A DNA stretch of 61,879 nt, the filler included, from Hausera hauseri (lineage: Eukaryota), in assembly GCA_046269625.1 (NCBI GenBank). It is 12 parts of 12 records of this genome, joined end to end, with 100 filler letters (N's around TTAATTAATTAA, not from the genome) between each part and the next. Parts side by side here need not be neighbours in the genome. Positions count along the whole stretch, not along the records: positions 49,036 to 53,331 come from JBJURY010650663.1; positions 53,432 to 57,411 come from JBJURY010842524.1; positions 57,512 to 61,879 come from JBJURY010613555.1; 9 more parts are not named here. One strand, written 5' to 3'. The notes under the pieces are model-generated. The model saw only the letters and a list, made by a program, of their open reading frames with translations. It did not search any database and was not told where the DNA came from. A program made the position numbers and the translations under genes. The stretch's first letter is position 1, and each line of letters opens with the position of its first letter. This document shows positions 51,130 to 61,879 of this stretch, piece by piece.

Positions 51130-52464
51130 TCAGGTTATTTTATCATACAAATCACTTTGGTAAACCACTCTTATTCCCGTATTACGATTTCTGCGCTGCT
51201 TTTTACAATTTTTGGCAACTATATAAAATGACGCAATTAGTATTAATAAGACGAACGCTGATACTCCGATGGTTGATACAATAGGTAGAGTTGTTAATTC
51301 AAATGGTTTCTGTGTTGTCAGGGGTGTAATAATTATGTTTTCTATGTTTTGACCTTTTTGTGAATCTGGATAAATTCTTTCTGGTAAAGTATGTAAAGTG
51401 ACTGTCTGATTTTGCTTTCAGGGTGCGTTAATTTGTATTATGTATTCTGTCTGAGATTTTAATGATTTACATTTGATTTGTGGCGTATTCCTTATGAGTA
51501 CTATCTTTTGTTTCCTATATAAGGTTCGACAGTTTATTTCTATATCGTAGTTTAATATTTCCTCAACAAAAATATTATCTTATTTCGCTGCAGTAGGTAT
51601 TTGATAAGAATACTTTCCGGTTGTTTTCCGGTCCTTTTCCTCGCCGTGACGATTTTAGTAGTGGTACCAACTGGTTGTCGTTGTTTTAATTGGAATCTTT
51701 CAATTTTGTCCTTGTAGACGATATCGTCTTAGGTATATACTTGGCTGGTTTGATCTGACTTTGTATAGGTCAAACTGTATTTCGTAATTGTACCCTTGGG
51801 GTATCTTACAGCACGGTTTTGGGTTCCATTGGCTAATAGCGCAATATTTTGCGGATGGATTTGTTTAGTCAGACGGTATAAATCGAACCGAGATCTGGTA
51901 GGATTTGGTTAGTTTTGTTCTAGTTTCAATCTGGATACATGCATGTTCCGAATCTTTGGAAACTTTGATTATATTCTTATTTAATAATTTAATTTGGGGT
52001 CAGTGCTTTGAACTATGTCGGATAATTTTGTGTCATCCGTTAGGGCTTTCCTGGGCATAACTATTTCAATTTGAAGCTGTATATCCGCTCGAATGACTTC
52101 ATAAGGGTAATAATATATGAGTATTGTATATTTATATGTTCGTCTGAAATCCAGTTCGCAACATTTTTTATAAATTCCATATTCAAACTCACAATCTTTT
52201 ATCTTTTCGATATTTTGATCAGTAAATTTTATACGGATTTTCATATATTCTCTGGTAACTTTGTCAGTTTTGAACCAAATACAGAGCTTTGTCCAATCCG
52301 CGTCATCTGCCTTCATGGTCCTTAAATTTTCCACACCTTTTCGTCCTTCCAAGTGTTGTTGTTTCACTATCGTCCCACCACTGCGCTGTAGTCTTAGGAA
52401 CATAGGAGGCGATTAGTGATAATGCCAAAATTATCAGTACGTAAGAAATTGGTCTAGTGATCAT
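51130..52464 (-). pseudogene. Type I membrane protein: signal peptide, three FN3-like domains, transmembrane helix, short tail
   Basis: Signal ISYVLIILALSLIAS; repeats ending CCELDFRRTYKYTI, CCKIPQGYNYEIQF, CKSLKSQTEYIIQINA; helix LPIVSTIGVSAFVLLILIASFYIVA (51288-51214) followed by KNCKKQRR. Confidence 0.7.
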
Positions 52465-52479
52465 AGAGGATGTTTTCGT

Positions 52480-53331
52480 TTTCGAGCTCGGTCGCAAATT
52501 GTAACGTTTTTCTGGATATATTTCTTTTTTAACAACTCTCTGTATATATATACTACCTCTTCTTTACCATTTTTATTAATGTACACAGTAGTTGGTGTGG
52601 TTCGAATAACTTCGTAAGGCCCTCGTCCAGTACGAGTAAGTTTTAATGAGGTGCCTTTCCTTGCGAATGGGTAGTGTATATAGACCCAGTTTCCTTTTTC
52701 TAAATCCTGAGGTTCTGCCTTCTTACCATATTGTTTCTTAAATTGTTCTTGATACTCGAGAGTAATCATTTTCGCTATATCCCAACATTTTTGTAATCTT
52801 ATTTGCAAGACATCTGCGAAGTTTGGTTCTAAATCTTCTGGATTTGCGTGATACGGAGTCATCCCTAAGTCCGTAGGTAAAATCGCTTTGCGTCCGTACA
52901 TCATAAAAAATGGTGCAAATCTTGCGGCGGGGTGTGGGGTAGTATTAATAGCAAATTATGTTCCTTCTAAAAATTCATCCCAGTCCTTTTGATCCTTCGC
53001 TACTACGGTTGATAAGACACGTACAACTGTGACAATCAATCGTTCGACCATCCCACTGCACTAATGATGATAAGCAGTAGTGGTTAATAGTTCAATTTCG
53101 AAGATTTTAGAAATTTAGTCAAATAGTTCGCTTGTAAAGTTTCTTCCTCCATCGGTCAATATTTGTTCAGGCGGTCCGTATCTGCAGATGATTTTCCTTA
53201 CTACTGCGTCTGCTAATGTTTCCGCTTTTTGATCGAATAATGCGATTAATTCCACAAAGTGTGCTAAACGGTCCACGCATATCAGAATATATTTGTTATT
53301 TTTATGAGTTGTAGGTAAATGTCCCACTATA
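52480..53331 (-). pseudogene. Ty3/Gypsy integrase core and GPY/F region
   Basis: KYILICVD, YGPPEQILTDGGRNFTS, TTAYH..SGMVER, PFFMMYGRK, RGPYEV and terminal KRYNLRP. Confidence 0.93.
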
Positions 53332-53431
53332 NNNNNNNNNNNNNNNNNNNNNNNNNNNNNNNNNNNNNNNNNNNNTTAATTAATTAANNNNNNNNNNNNN
53401 NNNNNNNNNNNNNNNNNNNNNNNNNNNNNNN

Positions 53432-56225
53432 CGATCGGATAGATGTTTCCGTTTCAATAAAAACTGATAGAACTTCTCAAATTGAATCTGGCCACGTTTG
53501 TAATAATTGTCGAATGATTCCGGTTTTTCTCGCCCATTATACTCGTCTACGTCCACTAATTCGTCCAACATGTTTTCCAAATCAAAACAACGGGCCAAAT
53601 CACGCAAACCCTCCGACACTGTTCCCTGGTAGATTTCAAACAAATTCTTCCGCAGATCGTCACAAAGATTCCGATAGTCAATTAGACAGGCTTTCAGATT
53701 TCGAATTTTCCAAATCGCTGCGTTCGGACCCAGCGCCGACATGTCGTCCACTTCATTCAACGAATCCGATATCCGTTTTTCTTCAATTATTCCGTCCCAG
53801 TTCGGATGCAGAAACGGAAAAAGGTAATTGCTCGGTGAAATATTGCGTTCGATACACACCCGAAGATTGTCAGACATTTCGTGAAGAATCTTGAACAGTC
53901 TGGGAAACCAAGTCGCCACTTTCCACGGTGGGAAACTGCCGATTTGCAATTTGGAAATAAATTCAACGATCGGATTGAGAATGTCGATAGAAACACAAAG
54001 GTCAATAATGAAATCTCGACCTTGGAGAAAAAACCCGATCGGTGAACTGATATCGTACGACGACGTTTCAATGTCGAATTCGGCGAATATTGATGGATAA
54101 TAGTTGAAATATTTTTTCAAGTCTCGCAGAAATTTGTGTGTAAATTTGATGCGACAAACTTCATTTTTCGACAGTAACTCCTGATCATCGTCGTAACCGT
54201 CGATATTATCAATTTTGAATATTGCTTGGAATTTTTGACAGCGTTTCGTGAAGATATCGAAGAATTTCATTGAACCCGTGACTTTTTTCACACAATCATC
54301 AATCCATTCCGCTATATCATATATGATGAAGAAATAGCAGTCGTCCATAATGCCGATTTGCCGTTTGATTTGCGTGTAGAACGTATAATCGTACGAACTA
54401 TCGGCGTAAATTGTCGTAATTGGAAACAAATGTTCCGTTTTCAGATTCAAACGTTCTTTGATGATACTCATTACGACACTGGCACGATCTTTACCTCGGC
54501 CAGTTTCTTCTACCGACTCGGAATCGTCACACGAATACGTCATCAGACAATCAATTGGAATGGCTTTCCGGATTCCGTTCGTGTTGACGATCAGCATTAT
54601 CATTTGATAATCGATATCATTCTTCACTTTGGAATTGAGTGCCAGACTGAAGTGTTGTGGCATGCCTGTAGCGGACAAATTACTAAGAATGTGCGATGTT
54701 AATTTCTGCTGTCCGTACGTTCGTAGTATTTGAATAAATGACTGGAGATTGTTGACATTCAAACGACTTGGCCCAACATCCACTCCCAATGAATCGAATA
54801 TTGACAACATATTCGTAAACGTTTCATTCGAGTGTTTCAATTTTATTGCACTAAGAGCGACAGCAAGAATATTTTTGGCCGATGAAGTCTGAATTCGATC
54901 GGTTTTGTGGATTTCAACGTGACGATTAAGTGTTTTTCGTAATGCAATCCAAGCCGAACTTTTTCCCGTTTCAATATCCATTGCTTTCTGGTCGATGAAT
55001 TCTAATCCGGTAGCGAGAGTCGTTTTGTACTTGGATGATTTGACATTTTGTTTGCACAGAACACAGAAAATTTTAAAGCCACGTTCAATTTTCACTTTTA
55101 TAAATAATTCATGCTCGGAAATATACGTGTTGATATTATCCGATTTCATCGATTTCTTTTCAACTGGTTCTTTCTTCGGAGGTTTCGACGAATTTCCCCT
55201 ATTGGGAATATCATGAAACTCTTTGTGTCTATTCAAACATAATTTCAAGCTGTACCAAATTTGACTACCGCCAGTTTCAACTTCTTCTGCCTTGTCACCG
55301 GAAAACTTCAGACCATTCCAAAATGCTGCTTTACTTCGATTAACAATGTTTTCCCGTTTACACAGTAAACAAATGATCTTAAACCCATCTTCAGTAACTA
55401 CTTTACGAAAGATATTGTTTTCCTCCAGATAAATGTTAATGTTATCATACTTCTTTCGACGGACTTTGGTTTTTTTAAGAGACGGACTATACCGCGGTCG
55501 GGAATATTCATCAAATTCCGATTCTTCAGATTTTTGAATTTTGTTCGACGAAATACTGAAATTAGTATCGGAAAAGTCATCGAAGCTGAGATTGTCAGAT
55601 TTCTTGGACTTCGTTACTTTTTTTGTGGAACAAGAAAAACTGGAATCGTAAAAATCATTTAAACGAAGGCTTTCGGCTTTCTTTGACTTCTTCGCAGCTT
55701 TCGGCTTTTTTAATGAACTAAATACTTCTTCGTCATCATTTTCATTTTCTTTCTCCTTTTTGAATTCGTCCTTTTCATCGCAAAAAAATTCTTTATTGTT
55801 ATTAAATAACCTATTCGTACTGCAATAGCTAATCTCTGTCATAATGTCATCATAGTTATTGATACGCCGACGTTTACGTTGATTGGATTCGACAACTGTT
55901 GGTGTCTCTCTAACAGATGGTAAACTTTCTTTAACTTTGGATATTTCTGTTGAAAATGATTTATCGGCATCTTCAATTGAATTTGAAGCCGTACAACTTT
56001 CATATCTTCCTTCTATTAGCTTTTGAATGCTTCTGCACGAATTTGTCGTGCTACCAACTATTTTCAAAGGATTGGGAATCTGTTTAACAGAAATCTTTGG
56101 AACCGATGTTGTACTCGTCGGTACATTTACACTATTAATCAATGAGCTCTCTTCAAAATAATTGTCTTTAAGATTTTGCACATCAACTATTGTAGCATGA
56201 TCGATATCAATATCAGGCTTCCAAT
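53432..56225 (-). CDS. Intact large exon of a hAT-transposase-derived protein with two repeated CxxC...HxxxH zinc modules; 3' end truncated
   Basis: More than 900 uninterrupted codons; in-frame splice acceptor TTTTTAAG ending at 56226; hAT-like segments GVDVG, QHFSLAL, IYADSSY, DILNPIVEF. Confidence 0.7.
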
Positions 56226-59200
56226 CTTAAAAATATAATTCATATTCAAATATATTATAGCAAAATGGTAAAAAAAAATATCATCTAAATCAGCAATAAA
56301 TAAACTTAACAAAGTTTTATAAAATAAAGTATTATTAAGAATTTCTGTAGAAATATAAGACCTTGAAAAGATCCGAACCTCTAGAAACTCTAATCTATAG
56401 TCAACTTAAGAAGTGGGGTGCCTAAGGGGGTTTAGTGGGTTAAAACTCCCCACGAAATTTGGCTTAAAATTTTTTTTCATAGCATGTATTGCCGTATTAA
56501 ATTTATTTATAGTGACGTTTCACATTTTAAAATTACAAATTTTCATATTTGGAATCGTGTATGCAAGAAATGTCGTAAAACAGAAGCTACATTTGGCAAA
56601 AGATTTATACAAGAACTTTCAATATGCTATAAATATTACATAAACCCCCTTTGCTAAATCCTTAAGAGGCTACATAAAATAATCCGATTGACGTTCAAAC
56701 CCTGTGCTTGATTCTCATCTGCAAAGGCTTATGAAAATGACAACTTAATATAAAGGATGGCAAAAAACGACCATTGCATTGAACAATATCATTACTCAAA
56801 TACTATCACTACCTGACATCCGTTACGAAAGCCTTTCCACTATTTTTTCATAAATTAAGAGATATTTTATTGGAAAAATTTGTGCAGCATTTCCTAAACT
56901 TAAACGACGTAATTATGTTGTAGTATGATTTTCGCAAATCTTAAAACTGGAATACCATTAANNNNNNNNNNACTAAATAAGCGCCTGTCTTGATACTCGT
57001 TCAATCCCCCTCAGTTTGTATAGACAAATTGAATTTTGATTAAAATCTCCGTACATATTGAAAATGAAATAACTAAATGTGGCCAAGATCCTTTACTGAA
57101 AAGCAATTATCATATTTTGAATAAAAAAAAGCGTTTAACTTCAATAATCCATTGAAAACCTTACAACGGTCCATGACTGTGAAATTCGTTCTCAATCATA
57201 ATTGCTAAAAATATCAATTTAACCATATCCCATCGAGATAAAGACGTTAGTAAAAGTTAACATCTTTCAGTAATAAACTAAACAAACAAAATAATTTTTC
57301 TATCTGAAATTACAAACATCAGAACAATTGTTTAAAATAAATATTTACCGTTGACAAAAAACGTAAGAAATAATATCTAATATCGTAAACAAAGAATACT
57401 CACCGTAAACGNNNNNNNNNNNNNNNNNNNNNNNNNNNNNNNNNNNNNNNNNNNNTTAATTAATTAANNNNNNNNNNNNNNNNNNNNNNNNNNNNNNNNN
57501 NNNNNNNNNNNGACTCATCCCATCATTTTCAGTGAAAATTAACAAATTTTATCAAATCAATTTACTAAAAAAACATTGTCAAATCCGAGATATTCGATTA
57601 TGAAAAATCAATTATTTTAATAACAAAATTAGAAATGTTAGAATTTACAATTTCTAATGTTGGATTTGCATTAATTCAAATATTACAGTTGTTACGAATT
57701 GCTGAGTCATTCCAATTCATCATGATGAGTCATTGATATTTATCTGATTAGATAATCATCGATGATTGGTGGCTTTTGTAAAAATGAGACTTGCTTATCT
57801 GGTTAGTTAGAATGTTACATTAGAAGGAGCTGCCGACGATAATTTGATGGAGTATCGCAGGAATGCCTGTTCATTTTATAAAATGCAGTAAGAAGGAATC
57901 ATAGATAACAGAAATGAGTCATGTACTCAATGATATCTTTGCGTTCAGAGAAAATTTGATTGTGAGATTCAAAAATAATGCAATTGAAATATTCTGACGG
58001 TAGACAGGAAGTGGATTTTTAACGAAATACCGAAATTATTTCCGATTTATCAACTACAAAACAAAGCTATGCATAAATACTAAACCTTTCATTTTGTCAT
58101 GTGCATGAAGCATGTCAATAACACACACACACAGTCAATTTAATTTACTAATTCAAATTTTCATCAACTAACTATATAGTTGAATAAAATTTATTTTACC
58201 ATCAAATATTTATTGCTAAACATCTATCGATGATTTATTTTATCGAATATGAGAAGGCATCGAATCGACACGTCAAATTGAATTTGTTTCATCATTTTAT
58301 GGATGATGTTGGACTGCAAATTTTACTGAAATACCAAAATTGTTATGCATACATATTTGGATGGGGTATAATGAAGAAGTACCACGACGTAAATATTGAT
58401 AATTTTAAACAATATATCATAAACAAATAATGACTTTATGCAAAACCTAATAACTATGTTCAACTAATGTTTATTCAGCATGTATTATCAAATAAAATAA
58501 TTGCATGTGTTATACATTGGGATGGCCCTTATTCAACTCCAACTATATAACAATAATTACAATTGAGATTTGAGTACCTTAATGCAGGTAAGGTCTGCCG
58601 TTATCGAATAGACAGAATGTACCTTATAACAATTAGTTTAATCAGTAATGCTGGTACTCGTTTGCGGTCCTGTGCAAAAATGTTTAACAAAATTCTCCTC
58701 CTAACTACATAATTTTACAGTAAAATTTAATGACCTTAGTGTAGTCAAATCACCCTTAAGGGGCAATGAAAAACTGTATAAGAATTTTAGAATAAACAAT
58801 GTATTTTTACAACAAAAATAATTACACAGCTTCTGTATACAGCTCCGGTATCGAATTCAAATCAATTGGCTCAGGAATCAATCCTCAGGAAATGTCTTCG
58901 ACGAATCTGCGCTCTTCGGCGTGTTCTAAATTTTCTTCGTCTTCTCGACGATTCGATATTTCGATTTGAATTTTCAACTTCTCTAAGGAAGTTCAAATAA
59001 GCTCCAATAGCTTCAATTAAAATCAGCTATCACAACTTTCCAAACTCAAATATTTCTCAAATAACTTCAACTAAAAACAAGTTCAATTAACACTCACTAA
59101 CACTCAACAATACAACAATTTATACTTAAAATTTCACGCTTATATACTAATGTAACTGCGTACGTGACTGATTTAATTTCAGATTCTTGCAATTATAAAC

Positions 59201-59449
59201 AGTTTTAGCTGAAGTTTTCATTATTATCCGATTTAAAAATTCATATAAATTCAACACTTTCTCCAAAAATTCTGAAAAATATACCAATTTATTGCTAAAT
59301 TCCTTCTTTAATTCTGTACAATAATGGAAAATGTCATAAAATAATAAATATTTACAATTTACTGCTTATAATAGTATTTACAATATTGTATGTCTTTACA
59401 ACACATGCAAACGACCAAACGTTCAATTGTAACTCATTATAACATTATT

Positions 59450-60345
59450 GTTCACTTTTTGGAACATTTTGAACAAATATTTGCCAAACATTTTCCACAT
59501 ATTGACAAATTGCATGATTTCGTTTGAAATTCGATTGGACACAGCAATTTAAACATTTCAGTGACACTGTTATCATTTGACTGAAATGCGGTCACGTCAG
59601 CAACAACCGAAGGGCCAATTGGTACTGCTGAATCCGGGGCATCGCATAGCTCACTTAACAGCTGAACAAGGAATTTTCGTATGCCGATGTTGCTTCCGGT
59701 ATGCTTACGAAATAGATATGTTGAAGAGTACAGCTAACGGCCATCGACAACAATCAGATTTCGTCGACATTCGGTGACACATTGAGTTCAACATCTGAAT
59801 TGGAATTTTATCAGCATTGTAATATCGAACTGCCTCGGTTTATGTTTTCCTTCTTTTCTGACGATTCACGACCGCATGTTGAATTGAAAGAATCTGGATA
59901 GTTTTAGTCTTTTTGGCCTGACATTGTGTGAGATGAAGATTACCACTCCTGAGAAATCGTGATGCTGATTACTTCGCATAGTACCTGTGAAACTAATTCC
60001 TTTCAAATGAAAAAGATATTGGTTGTTATGCAATAGCCCTTGTTATATAATGGTTCACATAACTGCTTTGCCAGTCTAACGTTTCGGGTTTCATTTTTCT
60101 AAGATATGGAATGATATTCAATCAATACTTTGAATCAACTTAGGTTATGATCCAAAATTTTCATTCTGCCATGTAAATTTTCGTAGACATCTTGAAGCTA
60201 AACCACTGTATTTTCGTCTATCACATTCGATATTTGAATTTTGACGTCTTTAATATCATCTCGTTGGGTACGATAACATCTGCCGAAAAGTGTTAAATAT
60301 CGTATGATCTCATATTCAAATCTAAAACAAATATCATCACGTTCA
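59450..60345 (-). mobile_element. Highly decayed piggyBac transposase (PGBD4-like), not visible in the ORF track
   Basis: Manual translation: KFWIIT*VDSKY*LNIIPYL, CEPLYNKGYCITTNIF, GTMRSN, EAVRYYNADK....LNSMCHRMSTK...RWPLAVLFNI, RKFLVQL, C-terminal SICGKC..IC. Confidence 0.8.
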
Positions 60346-60485
60346 AATTGGTGGGTATAATTCGGATATTTCAAGTAGCACGTGTAGTTCTGTGTTACAT
60401 GACTTTTAAGGGTCTCTTACTTTTATTTTTATTCCTCGCCGTAAGCCTCCACTTCAGTCGTTCACTTACTTTGTTCCGTCCAAAA

Positions 60486-60926
60486 ATGGCGAGGAATAAA
60501 ATAAAAATGAAACCCCTTAAAAGTCACATGATACGAGTTACTGAAGCGGGACATATTGTGTTAGATAATGAAAGTAAAAGTAATATTGACAATCAAAGTA
60601 ATAATATAAAAATGACTGAAAGTAAAACTCCTAAATTGTTATCAATAATTTCAATAGATTTAGAAGAGAATTTTGAAATTATTGAATTAAACAGATGTAA
60701 TGTTACAAGAGACCCTAGAAACATAATACTTTGTTATAAAATTAAAATGCCAATTGTAACAGAACAAACCCTCCGAAAAGTTTTCAGAAAATTAATAAAT
60801 CTAGCAATGATCAATCAGACAAATACAATATTCAAATTTGGACCGTCCAAGAACATGGATAACATTGCAAAATATATCGTTAACATTATGAATTCTAATG
60901 TTTTTATCAATCGATACTGCGTATGA
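60486..60926 (+). CDS. Hypothetical protein of unknown family
   Basis: ATG-initiated open frame of about 146 codons in very AT-rich DNA; no motif recognised. Confidence 0.3.
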   Translation: MARNKIKMKPLKSHMIRVTEAGHIVLDNESKSNIDNQSNNIKMTESKTPKLLSIISIDLEENFEIIELNRCNVTRDPRNIILCYKIKMPIVTEQTLRKVFRKLINLAMINQTNTIFKFGPSKNMDNIAKYIVNIMNSNVFINRYCV

Positions 60927-61879
60927 AATGAAAGACTGAATATACCCATATCGCAATGGTATTCGATTGATATATGAAATCATTGATGAGAGCCTTAAGC
61001 AGAATCTAAACTTTGTTTCAAGTGGTTTCAAAGTTTGCATTAAATTGAATGATAGACAATGGTCAATTTGATATCGATTATTGATGACAATTTTTAGATT
61101 TACATTTCAAATAAGGACGATAATTTGCATATATATATATATATACTGAAGGAACATAAATAAAGTGGAACACCATTTAAGAAAGTATTTATTCGCTATA
61201 TATTTCAGAGAATCGCTCTCCATCTTCAGATGGTTCTAAATCAAAATATAAACTGCTTATCAGCAAAACGGAAAATCTCAAATGTATTCAGAATGGTAAC
61301 AGTAACTTTTTGCAAAATTAGAAATTAAAAAAACAAACAAACTGTGTTTTCACATTAAAATTTTTTTTCTGACATTTACTACTACTGTATATATCTATTT
61401 GCCTTTAACTAAAATTATTTGGCCAATTAAACCGATTTGTTATGAATATTCAAATGTGTCGTATGGACCGCAATGTGAACTTAAGAGTGGGTATGGATTC
61501 TGATTAGGCTGCCACTCGTGTCACATTTTTTAATCAGCGCACTTGAGCCGCTCGCTCCCCTCGTTCATCACCGGCCATTCACGCGGTTGGCACCGAGTTA
61601 CGGGACCATTCAGACGCCAGTCAACCGGCGGCTTGCCGTGGCGTGTGATTGAGAAGGAGAGAGGGCGAGGGAGCGAGATGTCACAGAGCATCAAAGGCTA
61701 ATCAAGCACGTCTGAGCCTCGCAATCACATCCCATTCAGCTAACTTTTTTTTTTTTCTCCTCTCCCCCTCCAGCAGGTTAGCACATTTAAGTAATGCTTC
61801 ATTGTTGCCTGTCAGGGGGGGAGTGACATTTGACTTGTAATTAATGACTGCAGACAAAATTTAAGCAGCAGAGTTCACC

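Larger units (their letters stand above)
49036..53331 (-). mobile_element. 3' part of a large Ty3/Gypsy-type element: integrase followed by at least 3.4 kb of co-oriented cargo ORFs
   Basis: Integrase, membrane protein, exonuclease-like and unknown ORFs all on the minus strand with similar decay; no LTR reached. Confidence 0.8.

Overview
This window is not one locus. It is 12 unrelated contigs of about 4-9 kb joined by an artificial 100-nt linker (44 N + TTAATTAATTAA + 44 N), plus three 10-N gaps, so nothing can be inferred about linkage across a linker. The content is animal-like and rich in mobile elements. It includes a decayed Polinton/adintovirus capsid module (penton, core protein, major capsid, adenain, PC4-like) and a separate decayed Polinton-type protein-primed DNA polymerase. 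There are also four Ty3/Gypsy LTR-retrotransposon segments, RTE LINE, mariner/Tc1 and two piggyBac relics, and a 4.5-kb 15/30-bp satellite. Host genes are BTAF1/Mot1 with tiny introns, nanos, and a probably domesticated hAT-derived gene; intronless pseudogene fragments include importin-7, ANKAR, alpha-tubulin and O-GlcNAcase. Three signals stand out, all seen only after reading through stops and frameshifts. (1) A Ty3/Gypsy integrase runs into a signal peptide, three FN3-like domains and a transmembrane helix, followed by a REX4/ISG20-like exonuclease fold (49036-53331). (2) A chuvirus-like fusion glycoprotein sits in the same frame as, and upstream of, protease-RT in one Ty3/Gypsy polyprotein (8889-13962). 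(3) A decayed long ORF carries an AT-hook and a Bcl-2-like domain (4714-6172). Together they suggest large, virus-like retroelements with unusual cargo. All homology calls are by-eye motif recognition, not database results.
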